This document shows, piece after piece, positions 18,610-26,516 of a DNA stretch of 32,000 bases. Below the pieces are notes generated by a model. It was given only the letters and a program-made list of their open reading frames with translations. It was not told the origin of the DNA and did no database searches. The first letter of the stretch is position 1. Every line of letters starts with the position of its first letter. Source of the stretch: Sedimentisphaera cyanobacteriorum (lineage in GTDB: Bacteria; Planctomycetota; Phycisphaerae; Sedimentisphaerales; Sedimentisphaeraceae); contig NZ_CP019633.1 in the NCBI RefSeq assembly GCF_001997385.1, positions 1,140,001 through 1,172,000 of the forward strand, read 5' to 3'. Both the position numbers and the translations under genes were made by a program.

Positions 18610-20871
18610 TTATTCGCAGTCTTCAACCGGTATCAGGTTGCAGAGCTGCCAGTCCATAGCCATCATGGCATAGTCCTCAAGATTCACCTGACAGTCGTCG
18701 TTGAAATCCATCGGGCCTACAGGGCCGAGACAAATAGTCTCTCCCGGCTTGGCTTCGGTGTACATCTGAGCCACTTCCACAACATCCATGGCCCCAATGT
18801 AGATCCTCAGGTCATCAAGCTTACCTGTGAACAGAGATGCGGGTTCGCCGTCAGTGATTGCAGCACCTATGAAGAAGTTAGACTCTGAAGGGTCGGCATA
18901 GCTGTCGCTTACCTGAGCCTTATTCTCAATCTGACCGTCAACATAAACAGCAATCTGATTCTTAACGGAATCGTATGACCAAGCAACGAAGTGCCATTCT
19001 CCGTCATTAACGGCTGTCTCTGCGGTAATCTCGCCATAATCTCTCGCAGCTGTTACCGGCACATCAGAGCCGTTCAGAGAGCATACCCAGCCCTTCCAAG
19101 GCTCGCCTTCAACTCTGTCCTGCTTCTGGAAAACAGCGCTCCAGTTGCCCGGGAGCTTATTAACCCAAGCAGTAACGGTGTATCCGAATCTGAACAGGTT
19201 ATTATCTGCAGTTCCGCCAACAGTCAGGAAGTTGTAGAGCGGGTTTTCAGGGTCTGAGAAGTCCGGGGCGAATTTGTATGCCTGTCCGTCGAAGCCGTCA
19301 ACAAACTGAGGAGCACCTCCGCCGAACGGGGCTGCTGCTGCACTTTGAACCTCGTCTGTGGTTGAACCGTCAAACTTCCAGTGGTAAGCGAGCTCGCCTG
19401 CAGGCTCGGTGCCTGTAACAAACTTGTTGAGCCTGCCTTTAACCACAGAGCTGTCGGACATAACGCTGTCGATTCTCCAGAAGTAAACTGTATCATCTTC
19501 GAGAGTAACTGAGCTGATATCGAGCTCTGTAGAGCCCATAACGTTGCCCTGATAGGTAGATGAGCCTGAGCCGGTATCTGTTGCAACTGCCATCTTGTCA
19601 GTTCCGAGGTAAACCTCATAGCTGATAACGTTTGCATTTTGAGATGAGGTGTCAACAGTAACGGCTTCGCCGCTCGCACCAACCGGAGATACCGCAGGTG
19701 CATTAGACCACTGAACAGTAGTCATAGCGGTGCTTACGTACTTCTGCTCGTCGTAAGGCGAAACAGCCTGAGCAGCTGCCGGCTCCTTGCCGCTGAGTAC
19801 GTAGAAATCATCGCTCCTGCCTTCTGCGCTCTCGGGGTAGTAGGCAAAGTAAACATCATCTCCGGAAGCGCCCGGGGCAATGTCGCCATCAACGATATCG
19901 CCAACTACATCGCTGTAGTCATCGGTGAGCTCAGCATCGTAGTTCGGATATTCTTCTGCATCGTAGCCGAAGCGGTCTGCATAGATAATCCCTTCGCCGA
20001 GCGAAGTCGTTAGAGTGTTATCTACAGCCTCATCATATCTGAAGATAGTGGCGTCTATAACGCCGCTCAGAAGATCAAGGGTGCAGTCGCCTTCTGTAGT
20101 TATCATAAATGTATCGGACCCGCGAAGATAACCGCCGTTAACAGTGGTGTTCACATTTGCATTGTTCGGTGAGAGCTGAAAGTCGTATGCCTCGGTTAAC
20201 CCGCCGGTGAAATTGGCTTCGGCTGTATCGCCTTGCCCGCTCCATTGTTTTATCCAGAAAGAGCCTTGAACATCAATATGGCCGCCGCTGATATTTGTTG
20301 TCATAACGCCGGACTGACCGTAGAAGTCTCCATTCACTCCCAGCTCTCCGCCGGTCATAGTAATTGCAGCAGTAGCTGCCCCCCATTCTGCGCATCTAAC
20401 GTTTCCGTTAATAAAAGTATGTCCGCCGTTAATTTCGAGGAAATTGCCGGTTACGGCTCCTTTGTAACCAACTTGGAAGACATTTCCGGAATCAGTAGCT
20501 GTTCCCATAAAGTTCACTTCGCCGCCGTTTACTATGAGGCCATTGCCACTGCCGTATCTGCCAGCCCAACCGTACTCATTTACGGTAAGAGATGCGCCGC
20601 TTTCAACCTCTGCAATAAAAGGTCCATCGCCATTGCTCAATAACAGCTTGCTGCAAACCGCATCAACACCGTCTTCAACAATAATGTTTACTGGTGCGTT
20701 GTTATTTATCCATAGAACATCATTAATAGTCGGCAAACTGCCGCCCCAGTTGGCTGGGTCGTTCCAGAGTGCTTCGCGGTTCTCATCGGTATTATCGCCT
20801 GTCCAATTAAGCGCAAACGCACCGGAAACGATGATTACTAAGGCAAGTATCATAAATGCATATTTTTTCAT
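18610..20871 (-). CDS. Large secreted beta-helix-like / LamG (concanavalin-like) protein with dockerin-like C-terminal tail
   Basis: 753 aa with a signal peptide. The N-terminal module (WNDPANWGG..P....V....N....I.V.DGVDAVC) is followed by Gly/Asn-rich beta-strand repeats (INGGHTFINGNV.., ISGGHIDVQG..). Then come a YFWRID beta-sandwich, a LamG-like region (LAYHWKFDG..., WHFVAWSYD, GKLDDLRIY) and the tail DFNDDCQVNLEDYAMMAMDWQLCNLIPVEDCE. Confidence 0.75.
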   Translation of the reverse strand: MKKYAFMILALVIIVSGAFALNWTGDNTDENREALWNDPANWGGSLPTINDVLWINNNAPVNIIVEDGVDAVCSKLLLSNGDGPFIAEVESGASLTVNEYGWAGRYGSGNGLIVNGGEVNFMGTATDSGNVFQVGYKGAVTGNFLEINGGHTFINGNVRCAEWGAATAAITMTGGELGVNGDFYGQSGVMTTNISGGHIDVQGSFWIKQWSGQGDTAEANFTGGLTEAYDFQLSPNNANVNTTVNGGYLRGSDTFMITTEGDCTLDLLSGVIDATIFRYDEAVDNTLTTSLGEGIIYADRFGYDAEEYPNYDAELTDDYSDVVGDIVDGDIAPGASGDDVYFAYYPESAEGRSDDFYVLSGKEPAAAQAVSPYDEQKYVSTAMTTVQWSNAPAVSPVGASGEAVTVDTSSQNANVISYEVYLGTDKMAVATDTGSGSSTYQGNVMGSTELDISSVTLEDDTVYFWRIDSVMSDSSVVKGRLNKFVTGTEPAGELAYHWKFDGSTTDEVQSAAAAPFGGGAPQFVDGFDGQAYKFAPDFSDPENPLYNFLTVGGTADNNLFRFGYTVTAWVNKLPGNWSAVFQKQDRVEGEPWKGWVCSLNGSDVPVTAARDYGEITAETAVNDGEWHFVAWSYDSVKNQIAVYVDGQIENKAQVSDSYADPSESNFFIGAAITDGEPASLFTGKLDDLRIYIGAMDVVEVAQMYTEAKPGETICLGPVGPMDFNDDCQVNLEDYAMMAMDWQLCNLIPVEDCE

Positions 20872-20922
20872 AATTTATGCTCCATTATTTAATTAGCAAA
20901 TCACTAAAACTCAAACCACCGT

Positions 20923-23562
20923 TTATTCGCACAGCGGTACGAGGTTACATCTCATCCAGTCCGCAGCAAATACAGCCAGATCGCTCAGGCCGACTTTGCA
21001 GTCGTCGTCGAAGTCGTATTCGAGCGGGTCTGTACAGATATTTCCGCCCTCAATATCAACGTACATCTGAGCTATCTCCTGCTTGCTCATTGGATAGTTC
21101 CAAGCCTCGAATTCATCAAGGGCGCCGAAGAACTGGCTAGTGTAGTTTCTGTCGAATTCATCATTGGAGTTTAGATGAATCTCCTGGCCGAGTACAAACG
21201 GAATTGGATGGGTCTCGGTGTATTCATCGGCCGGTTCGGTATCTGTGCCGACCAGCTCACCGTCAATGTATGTATAAGCGTGCTTCACCGGCTCGCTTTG
21301 AGGATCCTCAGGGTCATCTGCGAACGGGTCTCCGTCGAAAACGAACGTAACCATGTGCCAGTTGTCGTAGAGATCATCAATACCTGCAGAAATCGACGCT
21401 GATGTATCTCTTCTCAGGTGGAATAATTCGTAAGAATAGATTTGATTAACAAAGCCGAATCTTCCTGAGCCTTCGCCCTCGCCGTCGAATCTCCATTCCT
21501 TGCCGAAAATTGTCTGCCACGTGCCGGTTACATCCTGCTCGTAAGGCACAACAGAATCAGCCTTAACCCAGTAGTTGATGGTATAGCCGTATTTGTAGAA
21601 GTTCAAATCGTTGCTGTCTGCAAGCTCAAGGCCGTTGTAAACAAACTGCGCATTGTTTGGATCGCCGGCCGTGTCAACCCTCTGGAAGTCGTATGCCTGA
21701 CCGATTTTCCCTGTATCGTAGGATGCGCTTCCGGTTTCGCCTTCATTGCCGCTGACAAATGCATCGTATCCGCTTGCAAGCTCTGCAAGGCTTCCATCGA
21801 ACGGCAGGTCAAGAACCTGACGCTTCACAGTAAGCATTGCCTCCTGAGAAACAGTTCCCGCTGCGTTTGTAACCTCGCACATATAAACTGCTTCATCTGC
21901 CAAAGTAACTGCCGGCAGAGAGAGAGTTGCTGAGGTTTCGCCTGTAAGCTCTGCGCCGTCTTTATACCACTGATAAGTTTCGGGAGATATAGAGTCCACA
22001 GAAACAGTAAAGTCTACGTCTGTTCCTGCATCAACCCATACGTCTTCAAGCTCTTCGCCTTCAACGAAAGACGGGAAGCTTTTCTCAGTTTCGAATGAGT
22101 AGATCTTGCCGGGTATAATCTCGCCTGTGCTGAGCGTTTCATCAACTCTCCAGTAGTAGGTTTTGTCTCTCTCTACAGCGCCGTCAAGAGAATAGCTCGT
22201 TGTAGAAGCTGGGAAAGTTCCCTGCACGATACCAGTATCAACCTCGCCTGTAGAGGCATCGTTCGGCTCGCAGGCAGCAAGCATCTCGAATGACTCTGAG
22301 AGGTAGAGCGTATGATTTGTGATGTCCGGATTTGCAGTATCGTAGGAAGCGGTAATCAAAGAGCCGTCTGTAGAGGCTGCTCCGATCTCGCGTCCTGTCT
22401 GCCATGTGAGAGAGCCGTCAATTGAAACGCCGGTCTGCCCGTCTTCTACTGTATCGGGAAGGGCGAAGCTGGGCTCTACAACTGAAACAGCATGGAAGCC
22501 GTCTTCTGCGCCTGCTGATGTTTCTGGATATTCAACAAAGTAAACATCACTCACGCCGTCTGATGCAGAGATGTAGCCCTCTGCAACGCAGCTGCCGAGA
22601 ATAAGCTCTTGGGCCTCTGTGAGAGCATCGACAACCATAAAGCCCTCGTCAATGCTGAAAGAGTTCTGGCTTGAATTGAGCAAATCCATACCGCCTTTAG
22701 ACCAAAGCATACCGCCGTTTAAGTTAGCGGAAGAGCTTCCGTAGTTTGTAGTGAGCAATTCGCCTTCGGAGACAATATATCCGCTGTTGAGATTCACTGC
22801 AGAAGCGCCGTTTCCGCTGAATTCAACGGGACTGCCCTGAAGAAGGCCGTAGGTAACGTCAACTGTCGCAGGTGAGTTGGTTTCCTGATCGTCGAATGTA
22901 AATCTGCCGCCTGATTTGATATAGCCGTAGTTCACTGAGATTGAGCCGTTGCCTTCTTCGCAGTAAATCGGGCCTTCAGTATCAATATAGCCGTTGGTTA
23001 CAGAAATTGACGAAATAACAACATCCAATGCCTCCTTGAGGCTCTTAGCGTCGTTTCCGAAGATCATGCCCCCGCCGTTGAGGATTTCAAGTGAACCGCC
23101 ATCAATAATTAAATCATTACCGTAGCTTCCGCCTTTATCCGGCTCGGGAGCACGAAGACCGTAGGTTTCTCCGGCAGCATTGTTTATGGTTACCTCGCCG
23201 CCGAAAATCTTGAGATCGTGGTTGTAGTTGTTTCCTGTTTCATTACCCCATCTGCCAAGCCAGCTGTAGTTGTCTATAGTGAGCGTGCCGCCTTCGTAAA
23301 CGACAACCTCTTCATTGACGTGCGTCCCGTTAGAGAAGTAAAGATGATTACAAACCGCATCGACGCCGTCTCTAACGTAAATGGTGGTTTGATTATCGTC
23401 GCCCACATTGTACCAAATATTGGTACCGATACCCGGGACTGTGCCGCTGCCCCAGGTTAGAGGAGAGTCCCAATCAAGATTGCCCGGGCCGTTTACGTTG
23501 TCCGCCCAAGCCGGCCCAGCCGCAAACAAGGCCATTAACAAAACAAATAAGTACTTTTTCAT
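20923..23562 (-). CDS. Large secreted beta-helix-like / Ig I-set / LamG protein with dockerin-like C-terminal tail (paralog of 18610..20871)
   Basis: 879 aa with signal peptide MKKYLFVLLMALFAAGPAWA and the same N-terminal module (DGVDAVCNHLYFSNG). It has a YYWRVDE sandwich, an Ig-like segment YQWYKDGAELTG...AVYMCEVTNAAGTVSQEAMLTV, a LamG-like region and the tail YDFDDDCKVGLSDLAVFAADWMRCNLVPLCE. Strong RBS AAGGAG. Confidence 0.75.
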   Translation of the reverse strand: MKKYLFVLLMALFAAGPAWADNVNGPGNLDWDSPLTWGSGTVPGIGTNIWYNVGDDNQTTIYVRDGVDAVCNHLYFSNGTHVNEEVVVYEGGTLTIDNYSWLGRWGNETGNNYNHDLKIFGGEVTINNAAGETYGLRAPEPDKGGSYGNDLIIDGGSLEILNGGGMIFGNDAKSLKEALDVVISSISVTNGYIDTEGPIYCEEGNGSISVNYGYIKSGGRFTFDDQETNSPATVDVTYGLLQGSPVEFSGNGASAVNLNSGYIVSEGELLTTNYGSSSANLNGGMLWSKGGMDLLNSSQNSFSIDEGFMVVDALTEAQELILGSCVAEGYISASDGVSDVYFVEYPETSAGAEDGFHAVSVVEPSFALPDTVEDGQTGVSIDGSLTWQTGREIGAASTDGSLITASYDTANPDITNHTLYLSESFEMLAACEPNDASTGEVDTGIVQGTFPASTTSYSLDGAVERDKTYYWRVDETLSTGEIIPGKIYSFETEKSFPSFVEGEELEDVWVDAGTDVDFTVSVDSISPETYQWYKDGAELTGETSATLSLPAVTLADEAVYMCEVTNAAGTVSQEAMLTVKRQVLDLPFDGSLAELASGYDAFVSGNEGETGSASYDTGKIGQAYDFQRVDTAGDPNNAQFVYNGLELADSNDLNFYKYGYTINYWVKADSVVPYEQDVTGTWQTIFGKEWRFDGEGEGSGRFGFVNQIYSYELFHLRRDTSASISAGIDDLYDNWHMVTFVFDGDPFADDPEDPQSEPVKHAYTYIDGELVGTDTEPADEYTETHPIPFVLGQEIHLNSNDEFDRNYTSQFFGALDEFEAWNYPMSKQEIAQMYVDIEGGNICTDPLEYDFDDDCKVGLSDLAVFAADWMRCNLVPLCE

Positions 23563-23597
23563 AAAAAACTCCTTAAAATTAAAAATAAGCCTTAAAC

Positions 23598-23625
23598 CTG
23601 ATTCCTAAGTCCGAATTGGAATCAG
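23598..23625 (-). promoter_or_regulatory. Hairpin in the presumed 5' leader of the 879-aa gene
   Basis: ctgattcc (23598-23605) pairs with ggaatcag (23618-23625), an 8-bp perfect stem with a 12-nt loop, 36 nt upstream of the start codon. Function unknown. Confidence 0.3.
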
Positions 23626-23808
23626 CTTAACCAAAAGCAAATCGAGCAGACCTTAAACGGCCACTAAATCTCTTTAAATAAGTTTTTAAAAACAGTCGTA
23701 TGTAAATATCTTGAGGAATGGCTTTTTTCGCATTTAAGCAAAAAAAAATTGAAATTTTTGTATTTTTTTGCTGACAGCGAAAAAATCAGGATAGTCCATT
23801 CATCAAAA

Positions 23809-25053
23809 TCAGCCAAACAGCGGCAATATATGCCTGTTGTAAATATTGTTCGTTACATTTTTCGAAATGCTGCTTTCATACTTATTCAAGGCTTGAGGGT
23901 ATTCCTCTCCCATCTCAGCAGCAATCTTATAGCCCACATGGAGCAATTGCCTCATATCCGGATTGAAATCTTTTGAATCAGGTTCATGGCGGATAGCATC
24001 AGCAAATTTCTCAGAGCTCCAGACTTGAATCTCTTCTGCAGAAGGCAGGCGATCTTTGCTTATATCGATTACAGACCAGTACGGGGCAGTAAGCTCATCG
24101 AATCTCTCCAGAGACTCCTTGTAGATGCGTTTTGCAATTTCAAGGCCGCCTCCGCCGGCTTCCGCAAGGCCAATAAGCTCTTCAAGCCAGGTTGTGCCGG
24201 CAGTTTTAACGTGCACGCCTGCATTAAATTTCTTTAACGCCCTGTTGATTGGTTTATAAATCGAAAATTTATCACTGCCCGAATGCACGCTGAGCTTGAT
24301 ATTTCTCGGCAGTTTAAATTCCTCAGCGGCAAACTGAACTACGGCTATATCCTGATTGAATTCTTTCTCAAAGTCTGCAGGGTCCCCCACGTAATCAACG
24401 CCTTTTTTGAAGCGTCCGGTAAATTTCGGGGCGATGGTTTGCGCCGGAATGCCCTCCCGGGATATCATAAGCAGTATGAAAAACAGCTCTGCGGGGGTTT
24501 GCGGGGATTCGGTTTCATCCATGGAAACCTCGGTGATAAAGCTGCCATTGCCCTTGGCCTTCTCGATTGTGCGGTAGATTTTCCCCGCTTCCCTAACCGC
24601 AAAGAGATACTTGTCTGCAATGATTTCTATCTGCTCAGGTGAAACTTGATATTCCTCTTCAATGCCCGGAATTTTCAGTTTGCCGGCATACTCAAATGCT
24701 TCAGCGGTGAATTTATCCTTATCCTGCCCTGCCGGTGCAGTTCCGATATAGTCTCCGATATCAAGCGTGAAGAAATCGCTGAAGCCTATAAATTCCGATA
24801 CATTGCTCAGATTGATATGGTCTGCATCTACGTGATAAGCCCCCTGCCAGCCGAGCGCCTGCACGCTTTGGTCTGCCTCGAGCCTTACATCCTCCGGACG
24901 GCTGCCGACTGCCTTGTGCTCGCGGTGTGATTTATTCCACACCGGCACAATATCCAGCCCCGCCTCTTTAGCCTGCATTATCGCTTTGAGCTGCCATTTC
25001 CCCTGACAGCCGAAGCGATCTCCAACACCGAATGAGTATTTCTCTAATTCCAT
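23809..25053 (-). CDS. uxaE: UxaE-family tagaturonate/fructuronate epimerase-like protein
   Basis: 414 aa. The blocks FGVGDRFG, HVDADH, EVSMDETESPQTP, KLSVHSGSDKFSIY, HVKTAGTTWLEE and RQLLHVGYK line up with the blocks I recall from Thermotoga UxaE (FGTGDRLG, ADADH, VSVDETETPTSP, SLHSGSDKFSVY, HVKTAGTSYLEA). Confidence 0.7.
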   Translation of the reverse strand: MELEKYSFGVGDRFGCQGKWQLKAIMQAKEAGLDIVPVWNKSHREHKAVGSRPEDVRLEADQSVQALGWQGAYHVDADHINLSNVSEFIGFSDFFTLDIGDYIGTAPAGQDKDKFTAEAFEYAGKLKIPGIEEEYQVSPEQIEIIADKYLFAVREAGKIYRTIEKAKGNGSFITEVSMDETESPQTPAELFFILLMISREGIPAQTIAPKFTGRFKKGVDYVGDPADFEKEFNQDIAVVQFAAEEFKLPRNIKLSVHSGSDKFSIYKPINRALKKFNAGVHVKTAGTTWLEELIGLAEAGGGGLEIAKRIYKESLERFDELTAPYWSVIDISKDRLPSAEEIQVWSSEKFADAIRHEPDSKDFNPDMRQLLHVGYKIAAEMGEEYPQALNKYESSISKNVTNNIYNRHILPLFG

Positions 25054-25233
25054 TTTTTCACCATATTTATTTAGCTATTGTCATTATAAAACGAACGCTT
25101 CTCAAGAAGATAATTCTATACTTAAAAACAGACTATGAACAGTAAAAATCATCTAAAATCGAAAATTGACATTAACAAGCTCACAAGCAATTTGGGGCTG
25201 CGTTAGAAACAAAGAGAATGCCGCCGCTGGATT

Positions 25234-26199
25234 TCACTGCTTTGAGGAATCCATTTGCTTTCGTTCCTTGATATTATCCGCCTTTGGGAAAGTGAAAGCG
25301 GGCTTTTTGTGGAGCAATGTTTCTCCAAAATCAAGCATCGTTGTGTTGCCCAGCTTTGTTATTTTAAGGGGCTTTATGAACAGGTTGGCTATCGCGCCTT
25401 TAATCCATCCAAAGAAACCGGCGGTTTTATTTTTCTTTGCCACAGATGCTATCGTTATCCCCATTTTCGGAATCTGATCGTTTTTTTCAAAACTGAGCGT
25501 ATTAACTCTGGCAACAATCTCATTCGTGCGGTTTTCATATTTATATTCGCCATCTTTAGGCGCAACATCATAAAGGCCGATAGTTACCGGACTCCTGCGG
25601 CCATTCTTATTGAACTTCAGATTCACCTCCCTGACAGTGGGTTTGGAATCCTCTATTCTTCCCCTAGCCTCAATAGTACCAAAACCATTGCCCTCGAGCT
25701 TTATGTAATCCAAAATCTTTTCGAGCTTCTTTCCTTTTTTCAGCCTGTCAGAGTTTTCCTCTATCATCTCAGAAGGGGCAAATGTGTTCATATGGAAGCC
25801 GCTTCCCGAAATCTCAAATTTGCTGGTAACCTCAAAAAATTTCGAATTCTTTTTTATCTTATGAGATATTATATCCACCTGCTGCTCATTATCAGCACTC
25901 GATATATTATCTACGGGTGTGGGAGATATCAGCGGAACAAAATACATAAAAGAAGCTATCGGATTTTCTATTGGTTTATTGTTGTTGTAGCTCATTATCA
26001 GAATAGGGCCTGTGCTGTTTTCGGCAGGTTTATTGCTCTCTATGGAGGTCTCAGCTCCGCGAGTGCCGGCTTCAAGATTGGAGCCTGTTTTGTCGAAAAC
26101 GGCTGCCAAATTCATAAAGCAAACAATCGCCGCCGAGAAGAGGACTGTTGAATGTCTCGCTTTTAATAGCGAAACTGTATGTATAGAAGGTAATTTCAT
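25234..26199 (-). CDS. Hypothetical secreted or membrane-anchored protein (no family recognised)
   Basis: 321 aa with an N-terminal hydrophobic anchor (STVLFSAAIVCFMNLAAVF) and a strong RBS GAAGGAGG 7 nt upstream of the ATG. I prefer it to the antisense 298-aa ORF, which is Arg/Phe/Cys/Ile-rich and has no RBS. The locus is AT-rich. Confidence 0.6.
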   Translation of the reverse strand: MKLPSIHTVSLLKARHSTVLFSAAIVCFMNLAAVFDKTGSNLEAGTRGAETSIESNKPAENSTGPILIMSYNNNKPIENPIASFMYFVPLISPTPVDNISSADNEQQVDIISHKIKKNSKFFEVTSKFEISGSGFHMNTFAPSEMIEENSDRLKKGKKLEKILDYIKLEGNGFGTIEARGRIEDSKPTVREVNLKFNKNGRRSPVTIGLYDVAPKDGEYKYENRTNEIVARVNTLSFEKNDQIPKMGITIASVAKKNKTAGFFGWIKGAIANLFIKPLKITKLGNTTMLDFGETLLHKKPAFTFPKADNIKERKQMDSSKQ

Positions 26200-26516
26200 A
26201 GATTACTCCTCCTTCAAAAATAGATACTTGCCAAAATAATATATATTAAATTTAGAAAGCCGGTTCGGCAGACCCGCTTTGCATATACTAATATATTATA
26301 ACACAACCCCCCTGCGATTTTAAACGTAAATTATTTTTCTAAAAAGGCTCATTGAATGTCCGGCTGAACTTTCTGAAGGTGCCCGAAAAAAACAAAATTG
26401 TTGCAAAATCATCAAAAACATAAGATTTTCTAAAAGAGCCTGCAGATTTATGAAATAATGCAACTGCTCCAAACGTCTTACTTAATAATCGTTTTTATTA
26501 TATTTAGGAGCAGATA

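Noticed and set aside
18610-23562. Diversity-generating retroelement or phase-variation targeting the paralogous LamG C-termini
   Set aside because: There is no reverse transcriptase, no template/variable repeat pair at the nucleotide level, no invertible-segment inverted repeats and no homopolymer tracts in the coding starts.
23738-23771. A/T-only inverted repeat (AGCAAAAAAA ... TTTTTTTGCT) downstream of the uxaE-like gene
   Set aside because: The stem is almost entirely A-T and sits in low-complexity DNA. It is not convincing as an intrinsic terminator or regulatory hairpin.
25255-26151. 298-aa plus-strand ORF overlapping the 321-aa minus-strand ORF
   Set aside because: It has no RBS, and its Arg/Phe/Ile/Cys-rich composition is typical of an antisense frame in AT-rich DNA. 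The minus-strand ORF has a GGAGG RBS and a signal-anchor.
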